Below, piece by piece: positions 1 through 14,996 of a stretch of 64,000 bases of DNA. The stretch comes from Eledone cirrhosa (lineage: Eukaryota): NCBI GenBank assembly GCA_964016885.1, contig OZ024747.1, forward strand, positions 76,198,001 through 76,262,000, given 5' to 3'. Each line of letters opens with the position of its first letter. Position 1 is the stretch's first letter. The notes beneath the pieces were generated by a model. That model was not told where the DNA came from. It was given only the letters and a program-made list of their open reading frames with translations, and searched no databases. The position numbers and the translations under genes are program-made.

Positions 1-557
1 TTCTAGTAATTGCACAGTTTCAGTTATTTTGCTATCTGACACTTCAAATATATTATATGACAGATTTCAATTGAAATGCAATTTCCTTGTCTATTTTACA
101 CTGTTTCTTATTTAATTTACTGTCGTTCGCGATAATTTCTAATAATATTCCATTTGATATAATATCACACCACCCGAAACTATACGTAGCCATTATAATG
201 CGTATTTATATGCACTCGTATGTATGCTTGCATTCTATAAATTTTTGTCTAACATATTAAGCCATCCAATCTCTTGACAGGAAGAAACCGTTCACATATA
301 TTTACATTTTCTCTTTTATATGAATTATTATAAAATTACTTTTAACTCTCCGAAATATTGCATTCTATCAATACCTCATTTCAATTTATTTATTCTTTGG
401 AATATCTACAAGTAGCTAACTTTTTCGTGTATTTAGTTAACATTGTTATGTTCGAACATACAGCGGTTCATCATTTTATCCATTATCTTCTCATGCAAAG
501 TCAACAACACTGAGTTTCCTTTCACATACGTTTAATTGTTATATTATTTTACGATAA

Positions 558-748
558 AGGCGGTGGATTGGCAGTATCGGTAAAGGGTCAGAAGTCATGC
601 TTTGACGTATAGAGTTACGGCCCTTGCTATTCTGAGTGCAAATCCCGCCGAGGTTAACTTTGCCTTTCATCCTTGCGGGGTCGATAAAATAAAGTACCAG
701 TAATGCACTGGGTAATTGCTGGCCTTGTGCCAAACGTAGAAACAATTA
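558..748 (+). mobile_element. tRNA-derived SINE, family 1 (full-length copy)
   Basis: Head with A/B-box-like motifs (tggcagtatcgg; gtgcaaatccc), central motif CTTTGCCTTTCATCCTT.CGGGGTCGATAAAATAAAGTACCAG and tail GGCCTTGTGCC..TAGAAACAATT. Recurs more than 10 times in the window. Confidence 0.85.
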
Positions 749-1218
749 TTTTACGATAAACCAGTTGGTTATAAATTCTTGTTTAATAAAAGGTCAACTC
801 TGTCCACGAAGACGTATAGTCGAGGACATTCAAAATGAGATCATCCATATTTTCCTTACGAACACTGCATCGACACTAAAATCCTACCTACGGCATTCAA
901 GAAAAGTTCAAACAAATAATTCTGTAAAACATTCAGATATAAATTGAATGTGGAAGGATATTTCACTGCTATTTTTAGCATATTAAGGAACTAAGCAAAG
1001 CATTTGCTCTTATTGTTGTTATCTATCCCAACGTAGACACCGAGTAACGAATGCTACATAATTACACAGATACAGTATGTCGGAAACTACATTATCTTAA
1101 AGACAGGGTGTATATCTGACTGAATTACAAATTCAATTCATTTTTAACAGCTGACTGTACTGAGGAGACGTGAAATAATCTATAAACGTCTTACAAAGAA
1201 TCGTAATCGTTACCATAG

Positions 1219-1219
<1 letters not shown>

Positions 1220-1291
<72 letters not shown>

Positions 1292-1316
1292 CATTTGTAC
1301 ACACACAGACACACAA

Positions 1317-1374
<58 letters not shown>

Positions 1375-1394
1375 GAATGTATTTTGTGTATATA

Positions 1395-1440
<46 letters not shown>
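1220..1440. repeat. Compound (CA)n/(TA)n microsatellite
   Basis: Directly visible. Confidence 0.95.
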
Positions 1441-1444
<4 letters not shown>

Positions 1445-1799
1445 AAACGTATATTTATAAAACGTATTGAAGTAGATTTAATTAGAAACTAAAACATCAA
1501 ATCCACTGGCCTGTTTCAGTCAGGCATTTATCGCCCACCAGGTGAATACATTACAGATAACACAACATTCTCAAATGAGGTGTATATCTTTATCTGCTTG
1601 CTTTGCAGTGAACTTTTAATCTTCACAGTATTCCGTCTATTTCACAAGAAATTCTCCAGCTACTTGGCACTCATATTTACATCTATTACTGTTCTACAAA
1701 GCAAATTATCACGTTTGTTATCGATACATTCATCAAGATGTAACCCTTAATATTCAAAATAAAGAAAACGTTATTGGTTATTGGGGAAATACTATAGAT

Positions 1800-2038
1800 A
1801 TTGATTTCTAATTTCGATACAATGCCAGCAAATTTGAGGGAATGTCAAAGTTGATTAAATCAAACTCAGTTTTTAACTGCTACGGTATGTTATTATGCAG
1901 TCGGCTTTCATTGATAGCGGACGGATGAAAGCCTACGTTGAACATGGCGGGATTTGATCTCAAAATATATTTTTAAAAAACACAGGACAAATACTGGAAT
2001 GGCATTTTATCCGATGTTTTACTTATTCTGCCAAACCA
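1800..2038 (-). mobile_element. SINE family 1, degenerate copy
   Basis: ggatgaaagcc..gttgaacatggcgggatttgatctca and ctgccaa match the antisense of family 1. Confidence 0.6.
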
Positions 2039-3768
2039 CAATCCTTGAAATGCCACACATTACATTTTCTAATGAAAGGCTTGTACGTAATTTGAGAAAT
2101 CGCGGAAAAGCACAAGACCTTTGAAGTTTGTTTTCCGAAGAATTAACGTTTACGAAACTCCAATCCCGTTGCTTTCCGATGTTAATTGAAAATATTAATT
2201 TGGTGGACTTAAAATTGTTTAAATTATCTAAAAGTATATTGATAGAGTCGTTATAGCGTTGAATACAATGGACCGTGTGTTTTGTTATCTATAGGGTTAT
2301 GGATTCAAAACAAAGAAACCATGAAGTATTGGGTGGATTTAATCAACCTATGTCTTCGCTTCTACTTTGCTAGTGTATGATGTGTATTTACAGGGTAAGC
2401 TTATTTCGTACGGGTTAGACGTACAAAATATATTTAATATATCAACGTAATATATCACATAAATATTGATGTTTGTCCAGTTATCGAAACCGTGAACAAA
2501 CTCTTTAAACATGCATTTCAAAATCCGTACGTGTTCTTGTGTTGAATGTGGAAGAGGAAATTTTAAATTGGGATTAGTTTATATCATATAAGTAACGTTC
2601 GACTCGAAACTACGTAGATAGAGTAAAATGGTTTAAAATTATTATTTTTGTTTAAAATATATTAGCTTTATGTGAAGAAGTGTTTTTATGAAAACTGAAA
2701 TATTTTAGATACTGGGGATAAACGTATTGATTAAATGATAGCTGACGGCTGATTTCTTTCTCTGTGTCTAGGATTATAAACTGTTGTCGAAGTATCGTAG
2801 ATTCACAGTGAATTCAATTTGGATGATTATATTGTTGTATTTTCATGCATCTGTGAAGAAATATTCGTTTAAAGATGTGTAGACAAATTTTACACTGTTA
2901 GCTATTTATAGCTTTATTCATGGGTTAGGGGTTTGAGACTTTGTAGATAGTTGAAAGTATTTTGAATCACCCCCTTTTCCAGTCTAACGGTATTTTCAGA
3001 TCAGGCGACTAACACCAAAATAGATGAACTTAATTTTGCTTCATTAATAATTGTATTCCATTATATCTAATATTCTTTCATTACTCAACCGTATTGTCAC
3101 ATTTACGTGAACCATACCTAATGTTTTCATCTTCAACATTTAAAAATATATAATTCCGACTATTTGAAAATAAAACATTTTAGGTAATTTGTGTGTTAAT
3201 ATCATTTTAATGTATTAATGATATTTTTCCTATTTTATTTATATCTCTTTTAATATAACTCTATCTTACATTGTTGAAGCATTTAAAATGATAATTTTTC
3301 TTCTAGCCATTGTAAATACTGATATATTGGGAAGCCACCATCCTTAAACATCTAGTAGGATATAATTATTTCCATTGCTCTATACACTTTCCATTATATA
3401 TATGTTATATTTAATATTTAATACAATTAATCTAAATATTTCATAATGGTTTATGATATTTAAAACATCTGAATATCCTTCACGCTTCTACACCAACTGC
3501 CTCGCTGCAACAAGAATCAAATTACAAATATATTGGAATTCTGTATCACTTCTGTATCTATTTATTTTTTGTTTTTTCTAAGAATCCCCATCCTTTAATC
3601 CCACCATAACGCCCCCCCCCCCTACCACTGCCCTTCCCCTACCATGACAAAATGTATAAATACCAGAAATTTACATTGACAGTCGGCTTTCTGATGATTT
3701 CCTCCGAATGAAACAGTTCTAGTCCTGTAGAAGCCATTTCTATATTAAATTGCTATGTATTGAGTACC

Positions 3769-3805
3769 TTACTTACTGTGGTTATCCCCGATTTAACCCG
3801 GGATC

Positions 3806-3845
<40 letters not shown>

Positions 3846-4613
3846 TATATAGTAATAATAATAAATGTGAAGAATAAAATCGATAGAGGGCTCGATAAGG
3901 ATAAATATATATCAAATATATAAGAAGCACAGAGCAAATATTTATTAAAATAACAGATTGAAGTTTAAGCAAAGAATCGCTGCTTTCACCCTTAACAGAA
4001 TATTCTGATTCAGAAGATCCCGTTAAGGGTGAAAGCAGCGATTCTTTGCTTAAACTTTAATCTGTTATTTTAATAAATATATATATATATATATATATAT
4101 ACATCTGAACTTAGTTTATTTCGTATTACAAATGTTTCGCCGGCATGTAGCTCGAGTCATCGTCCTTGTATGGATCTGGCTGATTCTACTTCTGCATGTC
4201 CGGAGCAAATTTTATCACAATGATAAAATTTGCTCCGGACATAACACCCGTGTCTGAAAGAACCCGCAGAAGTAGAATCAGCCAGATCCATACAAGGACC
4301 ATGACTCGAGCTACATGCCGGCGAAACATTTGTAATACGAAATAAACTAAGTTCAGATGTATATATATATATATATATATATTTATTAAAATAACAGATT
4401 AAAGTTTAAGCAAAGAATCGCTGCTTTCACCCTTAACGGGATCTTCTGAATCAGAATATTCTGTTAAGGGTGAAAGCAGCGATTCTTTGCTTAAACTTTA
4501 ATCTGTTATTTTAATAAATATTTGCTCTGTGCTTCTTATATATTTGATATATATTTATCCTTATCGAGCCCTCTATCGATTTTATTCTTCACATTTATTA
4601 TTATTACTATATA

Positions 4614-4653
<40 letters not shown>

Positions 4654-4690
4654 GATCCCGGGTTAAATCGGGGATAACCACAGTAAGTAA
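3769..4690. repeat. ~920-bp nested palindrome of PLE pLTR-like fragments
   Basis: 3769-4195 is the reverse complement of 4266-4690. Inner fold-backs at ~3935-4080 and ~4380-4520, plus a 22-bp perfect hairpin at 4196-4242. Confidence 0.9.
4249..4339 (+). ncRNA. Hammerhead ribozyme-like motif (type I, extra nt in core)
   Basis: cgtgt-CTGAAAGA-[stem II gca..gtag/ctac..tgc]-GAAA-CATTTG-TA-atacg. Stem I cgtgt/atacg, GUA cleavage triplet. Confidence 0.55.
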
Positions 4691-5410
4691 TTGAAAAAAT
4701 CACTGCCTACTGCGTCGGTGGCAAATTCAAAAGAATCAGTCACGTGACATCGAGGTCAATCAGTGAAGAGTGGTTTGTTCTGCATCCCCATGCATTGAAC
4801 CACAGAGTTACTAAGACAAAACCTATATATTTGCTAGCATAAGTATGCATCTGTATATATATATGTTACTAGATATATTAATTCTTTATAATTATCTCCA
4901 AATTATTTTGTCGAGCAAAAATTGGCCAAAACTGCTATTATAGTAACGGTCCGGCTGCTGTCTTCTTAACAAACCACTCTTCACTGATTGACCTCGATGT
5001 CACGTGACTGATTCTTTTGAATTTGCCACCGACGCAGTAGGCAGTGATTTTTTCAATGGCTTGGAATTTAGTCCACGCTTTGTTTTTTTCCATCTACTGA
5101 ATTATTTTTGTATAAGTTCCCTGTGTCCACGTATTGCCTGGAAACTTAGCTGAGAATAGACTTCCCTGATGACGAAAGGCTTCTCCGTACGTTTCTTCGG
5201 AAACTATGTTTATTCCCTTTCAGAAACTAATTAGTTGGAGTGAAATTTTAGTAAGTAAGTTAATTTTATAATTTTCTTATTTTACGTCTCTCATATTATT
5301 GTTCTGCATCCCCATGCATTGAACCACAAAGTTACTAAGACAAAACCTATATTTTTGCTAGCATAAGTATGCATCTGTGTACATATATGTTACTAGATAT
5401 ATTAATTCTT
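4691..5410 (+). mobile_element. Non-coding HHR-bearing retrozyme-like/non-autonomous PLE (family B), ~524-nt unit in partial tandem with 5' inverted segment
   Basis: Direct repeat 4777-4886 = 5301-5410. Inverted repeat 4691-4779/4968-5056. Ends in (TA)n. Homologous to 48486-50523. Confidence 0.8.
5161..5241 (+). ncRNA. Type I hammerhead ribozyme (family B)
   Basis: ttcc-CTGATGA-c gaaagg...cctttc a-GAAA-CTAATTAG-TT-ggag, with palindromic stem III. Confidence 0.8.
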
Positions 5411-5411
5411 G

Positions 5412-5453
<42 letters not shown>

Positions 5454-6472
5454 ATACATTTATAATATATGCACGTGTCAGACAATATACTATATGGTAT
5501 TGCCTATGCTCAGCATTAATTTATGAAAACACAAATTTTCCACTAAACATATATCTAGTAATCCTGACATATGAAATTTGGCTTGAGAGTTCTTGGGCAG
5601 AAACTGTAATAGGCTTACCAAGATACTCTCATGGAATAGCCAAATGAGGTTTATTTTTTAAAAATAGACCCTGGAAAGAAATATGCAGTTATTGATAAGA
5701 AGAAGCGAAATTAATGCATGCAAGATTTCAGAGCTCTAGCATTACTCCTTCATAATCAGATTATAAACTTTTCAGTCCACCATCGTATATTTATACGTCT
5801 TTTTTATTTGTCGAACAAAATGTTTTCATTTTATCAGAACAAGACAAAGTAGAAGAAACAACAACCGCACCATTATTCACAAAAGACGTGTAACAAAAAA
5901 ATAGTTCCAGTATTGGTAAAAAACAACAATAAATAAGATAAAGAAAACGAAAAATAGAAAACAAAATGAAGACATTGCGAGTGATAGTTAATGTATGTTT
6001 GTGTCTTAGTTTTTGTCTTAGTTTTTGTGTTTATAATTGTCTGTGTTGGTGGTTTTGAATTTATTTTTGTGCATATCTATTTATCTGTGAATTTCAGGGA
6101 GAAGGAGAGAAAAACATTTGTAACTATGATGTAAAACAACATTTATCGTTCCAGCCTGTATGACATGCAATCATTTTAGAAATGTGTCTTCAATGGTGAA
6201 CTATTTGTTGCTGCTATTAATGTTAAAGACGTTTCGTTATTCTCGATGCTAATTTCTCGATTATTTTTGTCATTTATTTTTTTCACTTTTGCTTATTTTC
6301 TTTCACTTCTGGTTGTGATTCTGCTGGTTGCTGTTGTTGATCTTGCATAGTCATTTTTTTTTATAATTTGCTCTTGTAATGCTTGCAGTGATGCAATCAT
6401 CCTTCTCGTTGTCATCGTAATATCGACTTACTGTCCTACTCAGTCGATCTATCGAGATTTTACTATTATCTA

Positions 6473-6541
<69 letters not shown>

Positions 6542-6552
6542 GTTATTGTTAT
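6473..6552. repeat. (TTA)n microsatellite, 3' target/tail of the R4/Dong element
   Basis: Directly visible; abuts the element's 3' UTR. Confidence 0.95.
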
Positions 6553-6627
6553 TCCTTGAATCTCAGTCATTGATGTTGGTTAACTGGAAAGTCCGTTGGA
6601 TTGAATATCAAGCCACTACCTGCAGCC

Positions 6628-8288
6628 TCAGATATTCAGGACGTATCGGAGGGTTCTTGCTGTTCCAAGCAAGCATGCCTTTTGAAGCGTTCCAAAATGC
6701 GTGAAGGGGCCGATTTTCTTTAACCATCCCTGGAAACTTTTGGAGATAGTCCCTAGTGCGCCTATGACAATCGGGATCACTTTGACTTCATGGCAGTTCC
6801 AAATCCTTTTCACCTCCCACTTTAGGTCCTGGTATCGGTTAATTTTCTCCCTCTCCTTCTCTTGCACTCTCGTGTCGAACGGGCAGGCCACATCCACAAT
6901 CAGGCACGATCTTTTTTCTTTGTCCACAACCACCAGGTCAGGTCTATTGTGTTCCAGTTTTTTGTCCGTCTGTATCCTAAAATCCCACAGCACCTTCACC
7001 TGATTGTTCTCCATCACCGCCTCTGGCCTATGCTCATACCATTTCTCAGAATGTGGTAGATTGTTTACTTTGCACAGGTGCCAGTGGATCACCCTGCCCA
7101 TCACATCGTGTCTCCAGCCCTTATAGTGGGTCTGGGCTAGGTGTTTACACTCGGACACAATGTGAGCCACAGTCTCCTCTCTCTCTCCACAGATCCTGCA
7201 CTGTGGGCTAGCCTCCTCCTTGTAGATATGGTGCTTCAACCACTTCGTTTTGAGGGCCTGCTCCTGCGCAGCCATTAGCATTCCTTCTGTAGCCTTTTTG
7301 AGGTCTCCTCTTCTCAACCAGTTCCATGTCTGTGGATCTTTAAATTCAGTTTTCTCAAAGAAGGTACTATGAAGGGATTTTCCCTTAAGGCTGCTCTTCC
7401 TCCTTGATGTTATTTCCTCCTTGGACATCCCCTGGCCTACTGTCCCCTCCTTCAGTACAGTTCTGAGCATTGGCTCCTTACTATAGGTCACGTATTTATA
7501 TAGGTTGTTTTTCTCCATCTGAACACAGTCCTCTATGCTGATAAGACCTCTTCCACCCTCAGATCTCCTTAGGTAGAGTCTATCGACATCACTCCTCTTG
7601 TGGAACATGTTGTAGATAGTCAATAGCTTCCTAGTCTTCCTATCCATTTCTTTTTGTTCAGCAACATTCCATCTCAGAATTCCCGCACTGTACCTAATAA
7701 TAGACACAGCTCGGGAATTTACTGCGCTTATGGCATTTCTGCTGTTCAGATGTGACTTCAATACGCTCCTTACTCTCCGAATGTATTCAGTTCTTAACAA
7801 TTCCTTCATTTTTTTGTTCTTTATGCCATCAGCCTCCAGAACGCCCAAATACTTGTATCCTTCCTCAGAGTCAATTTCCTTTATCATCTCACCTGTTGGT
7901 ATCTGGATCCCGTTACTTCTGCTCAACCTACCCCTCTTCATCACAATGACTCCACATTTACCAATACCAAACTGCATACATATATCACTGCTGAAAATAC
8001 GGACAGTGTCAACAAGCACATCCAACTCCTTCTCACTTTTCCCGAAGAGCTTAAGATCGTCCATGAAGAGGAGGTGATTGATGGTAAGCTCTCCTCTTCC
8101 CAACTTGTATCCTGCTCTCACTTTTCGCAGCATAATGGTCAAGGGCATCAGGGCAAGGACAAACAACAGAGGGGACAGGCTATCTCCCTGGAAGATACCT
8201 CTCTTGATCTTCACGCTTCCCAAGGATACTCCAGTTGATGTCAGCTCTGTCTCCCAGGACCCCATACTCCTGCCTAGCAACTGTCTGA

Positions 8289-8290
<2 letters not shown>
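6628..8290 (-). CDS. 5'-truncated R4/Dong-type non-LTR retrotransposon ORF: RT, CCHC knuckle, restriction-like endonuclease
   Basis: GIFQGDSLSP, HLLFMDDLKL, YKYLG, EGGRGL, CRICGEREETVAHIVSEC, RHD, RPDLVV..IVDVACP, KINRY. Open to the stop at 6628. The part of the track ORF upstream of ~8290 is (AAT)n and a neighbouring 3' UTR. Confidence 0.92.
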
Positions 8291-8351
<61 letters not shown>

Positions 8352-9160
8352 AGTTGCATTTATCTTGCTTTATGTTCATACGAGTTATCACCAAGTCACA
8401 ACCAGTGACCTCAAGAGACAACAAGGTCCGCCATGTTCAAGAAAGAACATACATACTCACACATGCATCTTTAGTGTTTAGACTTGTGATGTACTTATAT
8501 TGACAGAATCTTCCTTAGTATATGGGCAGTTCCCATTAGTACTATCTTTTGTATTTCTCCTATACGCGGGTTTCCTGGGATTTGCGATAAGTAATCATTA
8601 GACGCCTTAGGTATCATTCCCAGAGCACCTACAACCACTGGTATTGTTTTAGTTCTCAATTTCCACATTTTTCAAATTTCTATCTCCAGATCCTTATACT
8701 TGCTCAATTTTTCAAATGTTTTTATAGATACATTCTTGTCTATTGGAACGGACATATTAATTAGCAGGCATACCCTCTTTTTAAAGTCCTTCAATATTAT
8801 ATCAGGTCTATTTGCATCTATTTTTCGGTCTGTTTGGATGCTAAAGTTCCACAAGATTGAGATGTGATCTTTTTCAAGTATGGGAGGTGGTTGATGCTCC
8901 CGCCAATTCTTTTGATGGGGACAGGTCAAAATGCTTACACATTGTCCAATATATGTATTGTGCAGCTCTGTCATGCCTGTTTAGGTATTCGGTTGGAGCT
9001 ATAGGACTGCACATTGAAATTATATGGTCAATGGTCTCTGGTTGTTTGTTACATACACGGCATAATGGGTTGCATCCATTTTTATTATGTTGGCTTGGTA
9101 ATTTTTTGTTAGCAGACACTGATCTTGTGCTGATATAATCAGTCCTTCAGTCTCCGATTT
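8352..9160 (-). pseudogene. Second, divergent R4/Dong-type family, 3' fragment with frameshifts and an in-frame stop
   Basis: ETEGLIISAQDQ, CRVCNKQPETIDHIISMC, RHD, RPDIIL, KYKDL, PVVVGALG, GTAHILRKILSI* (stop ~8495). Flanked by (TTA)n. Confidence 0.88.
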
Positions 9161-9180
9161 TTATTATTATTATTATTATT

Positions 9181-10181
9181 GTTCTTTGTGTCTCAGTCAT
9201 TGATGTTAGTTAACTGGAAAGTTTATTGAAATCAATATCAAGCCACTACCTGCAGCCTCAGATATTCAGGACGTATCGGAGGGTTCTTGCTGTTCCCAGC
9301 AAGCAAGCCTTTTGAAGCGTTCCAAAAAGCGGGGCGGGGCCAATTTTCTTTAACCATCCCTGGAAACTTTTTGAGATAGTACCTAGTGCGCCTATGACAA
9401 TCGGGACCACTTTGACTTCATGGCAGTTCCAAATCCTTTTTAGCTCCCACTTTAAGTTCTGGTATCGGTTAATTTTCTCCCTCTCCTTCTCTTGCACTCT
9501 CGTGTCGAATGGGCAGGCCACATCCACAATCAGGCACGATCTTTTTTCCTTGTCCAAAACCACCAGGTCAGGTGTATTGTGTTCCAGTTGCTTGTCCGTC
9601 TGTATCCTAAAATCCCACAGCACCTTCACCTGATCGTTTTCTATCACCGACTCTGGATTATGCTCATACCACTTCTCAGAATGTGGTAAATTGTTTACTT
9701 TGCATAGGTGCCAGTGCATCACTCTGCCCATCACATCATGCCTGCAGCCTTTATAGTGAGTCTGGGCTAGGTGTTTACACTCGGATACAATGTGAGCCAC
9801 AGTTTCCTCTCTCTTTCCACAGATCCTGCACAGTGGACTAGCCTCCTCTTTGTAAATATGGTTTTTCAGCCACTTCGTTTTGAAGGCCTGCTCTTGCGCA
9901 GCCATTAGCATTCCTTCTGTAGCCTTTTTAAGGTCTCCTCTTCTCAACCAGTTCCATGTCTGTGGATCTCTGAATTCCGTTTTCTCCAAGAAGGTACTAT
10001 GAAGGGATTTTTCATGAAGGTTGCTCTTTCTCCTTGTTGTTATTTCCTCCTTGGATATCCCCTGGTCTATTGTCCTCTCCTTCAGTACAATTCTGAGCAT
10101 TGGCTCCTTACTATCGGTCACGTATTTGTGTAGGTTGTTTTTCTCCATTTGAACACAGTCCTCTATGCTGATAAGGCCTCT
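9181..10181 (-). mobile_element. 5'-truncated R4/Dong-type element (ORF 9258-10148+), close relative of the 6628 copy
   Basis: Very similar C-terminal CCHC/RLE region and the same ~77-bp 3' UTR. Flanked by (TTA)n on both sides. Confidence 0.92.
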
Positions 10182-10509
10182 TATTATTATTATTATTATT
10201 ATTATAATATTATTATTATTATTATTTTTTTTTTTCGTTTGTTAATCGTCACATGTTAAGACCACTCTCGTAAGTTTGTTGTAATTGCAATGTTATCTTA
10301 ATTACATTGTTAAGAATTTAACATTGTTTTATAGCTATGCTAACCAGTATCTTCGTGAGCTGATTAGTTGTTCTTAGATTATAGTCCTAAGTGCTTTAAC
10401 TCCTGTTTGTTTTCCAGACATGCCCACAATTTGATTTTCAACATAATATAGCGGCCGATAAAACATTTCTGAATTAAACAGTGGGCTATCCGTAAGACAG
10501 AACAGTCGT

Positions 10510-10739
10510 AGGTGAAAGGGTCAAAGGAAAAGTTGATCTCTTGTGATTTGAAATCAGGTGAAAGGGTGAAAGGAAAAGATGATCTCGTGAGATTTGAAAT
10601 CAGGTGAAAGGGTGAAAGGAAAAGATGAGCTCGTGAGATTTGAAATCAGGTGAAAGGGTGAAAGGAAAAGATGAGCTCGTGAGATTTGAAATCAGGTGAA
10701 AGGGTAAAAGGAAAAGATGAGCTCGTGAGATTTGAAATC
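10510..10739. repeat. 46-bp minisatellite x5 derived from antisense SINE core
   Basis: Unit aggtgaaagggtgaaaggaaaagatgagctcgtgagatttgaaatc resembles SINE antisense ggatgaaaggcaaagttaacctcggcgggatttgaactc. Confidence 0.85.
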
Positions 10740-11099
10740 AGAGAACAGAGAGCACAAATGAATAGTCAGAAGTATTCTGTCTGAAATTGTAATAATTGTG
10801 CAAATTCTTGGTCTATAGTATTACCGAGGAGTTTTGTCTCAATTAGAAACAATAACTCATGATATACTTCGGTAGCACATTAGGAAAATAATTGATGTGT
10901 TGGTCTAAATGGATTGAGGTATTTGTTCCTTCTCTTTACATTCTGAATCCAAATCGTAGTCGATATTAATTTTGACCTTTATCCTTCGAGTGTTCGAAAA
11001 ATTTAATACCAAAAGAAATGTGGAATTAATCTAATCTATCAATTTAAACCCCACATTTCTGTCCTGCTAACTGTATAATAAAAATAATTATCTTTGAGG

Positions 11100-11255
11100 A
11101 TGGTGAATTCACATTTCTAATCCCACCGAGGTCAACTTAGACTTTCATCCTTCCGAGATCGATAAAATGAAATACCAGTAAAGTCCTCGAGGTCGATGTA
11201 AACGAATTTCTCTACCGATAAATTGAAGGCCTTGTGGCTAAATTAGAAACAATTA
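11100..11255 (+). mobile_element. SINE family 1, degenerate (another at ~10890-11060)
   Basis: gaggtcaacttagactttcatccttccgagatcgataaaatgaaataccagt. Confidence 0.7.
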
Positions 11256-11659
11256 CATGTCGTTGTTGCTGTTTTTGTTGTCATATTATTACAATTATTA
11301 CCATAGTTACAGTTGTTGTTTTTAATGTTACACATGCTACTGTCGTTGCGTCTAACTTTATTCTCGTGCAGAATTCTTATTAATTTTTCTTCTCCCACTT
11401 TACTTCATATGAATTACAATGTTCTTCGCCGTCCATACTTATCTGCTTCCAGATAAAAGCGGAAATACAGAAAGTAGCTATGAGAAAAGAAAGACTACTT
11501 GCAAGTAATTATGAATGTTATATTCCATTAATACTTTATCCTGATGTTCTTGATATTTCGCTATCTTTTTCTCATTTACTCTCCTTGTGTTCATATAATC
11601 TCACAAAAGTGTTTTTTGCTCGTTTATAACGTTCGCTATCACTTGTCTTGATGTTTCTA

Positions 11660-13306
<1,647 letters not shown>

Positions 13307-13369
13307 CGAAAAAGTATTGAAAAAGTATTGAAAAAAACATTAATGATTTGAAGGCAGCTACGTGCGAGG

Positions 13370-13970
13370 ACGTTGTTGACGGTGATGATGATGATATGGA
13401 TAAAGGTTGGGTGGCTTGTGGTGCTGATGGTGTTAGAGTTAGTACTACTGGTGGTGCGGGTGGTGATTGTGACGCAGGGGCGGGTGTTGACGATGATAAA
13501 ATTAATAATAGTAGTTTTAATAATATTTAATGATTGTAGGAATATACCGTAGTAATGTAATATAAAACATGAATAGATATATAATATAATACAGATAATA
13601 CTATCAATAACACAGGAGAAGATGACGATGATGATGATGGTGGTGATGCTGCCGGTGGGGAAGGTGGTGGTGTTAATAATGCCGGTGTTGGAGTTTGATG
13701 TGTTGGTGGTATTAGCGATGTTTGAGGTGATGATAGTTGTGATGGTTGTTGGGATAGTAGTTGGGATGGTGGTGGTGATGGTAGTGGTAGATGGTAGGGG
13801 TGATGATGGTGGTGATGTTGGTCGTGATGATAGTGGAGATAGTGGTTGTAATGGTGGTGGTGATGGTAGTGGTGCTGGAGTTTGTTGTAGTTGTGATGGT
13901 GATGATACTGATACTTTATCAATACATAAATATAATAATAATAACAATAGCAATAGTAACAACAACAATG
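13370..13970. repeat. Degenerate trinucleotide low-complexity tract (GGT/GAT/TAA)
   Basis: Directly visible. Confidence 0.85.
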
Positions 13971-14185
13971 ACAGACGTAGATTAATGCAGTAACAGAATA
14001 TTTTGATAGATAAGAAAATGTTTTTTATGTTATAAAAGTTGTGCCTAGACAAAGTAATATGGCGGTGAGAATATAGTTCGCTCCAGTCTAATAGATAGAC
14101 ATTTTAAAAATTTACATAACTCATATAGAAAACTTACAACTACATTCACTCCGACATACGTATATGATATGATGTGATATGTATG

Positions 14186-14253
<68 letters not shown>

Positions 14254-14255
<2 letters not shown>

Positions 14256-14315
14256 AAAATGTTCAAGACCCCGACGGCAGAGCTCGAGCCGTTTCGACGG
14301 TTATTTCTGGACTTT
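14254..14315 (-). mobile_element. Short pLTR fragment carrying the 3' half of the 42706-type HHR, inserted in (TA)n
   Basis: Reverse complement GAAA-CGGC-tcgagctct-GCCG-TC-ggggtc matches 42772-42800. Confidence 0.7.
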
Positions 14316-14457
14316 ATATATATATGTGTGTGTGTGTGTCTGCGTATGTATATATATAAATATATGTATATATATATATATGTATATGTATATATATATT
14401 GTATATGTGTATATTATATATGTATGTAAATATATGTATGTATCTATCTCTCTCTCT

Positions 14458-14519
<62 letters not shown>

Positions 14520-14617
14520 TGTGTGTGTGTGTGTGATTATTAATTGAATATTTTCAGCTTACTACAAAAGATACATGAGCCTCTATCGTACACGTACACA
14601 CACACACACACATCCAT

Positions 14618-14702
<85 letters not shown>

Positions 14703-14837
14703 TGCATGACATTCTGTGATCATTAAGTATTGTTAAAGAAGTAGAAAACAAATGGCCAACACATTGTATATATTTCATATTTTCAGAAGTGATGAGCCAA
14801 ACCTCAGGCGGAACAACAGGATAAGCATTATTTTATA

Positions 14838-14996
14838 AAGAGCGGTGAATTGGCAGTATCGGTAGAGGGTCGGACGCCATTCTGAATTCAAATCCCACTG
14901 AGGTTAACTTTGCCTTTCATCCTTACGGGGTCGATACAATAAAGTACCAGTAATGCACTCGGTAATTACTGGCCTTGTGCCAATAGTAGAAACAAT
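14838..14996 (+). mobile_element. SINE family 1 (internal deletion)
   Basis: Same head, core and tail as 558-748. Confidence 0.85.

Noticed and set aside
8291-8424. N-terminal poly-Asn part of the 598-aa ORF
   Set aside because: It is the (TAA)n target tract plus the 3' UTR of the neighbouring element, open by chance.
10510-10739. CRISPR-like regular repeat
   Set aside because: Units are contiguous with no unique spacers, are SINE-derived and lie in a eukaryotic context.
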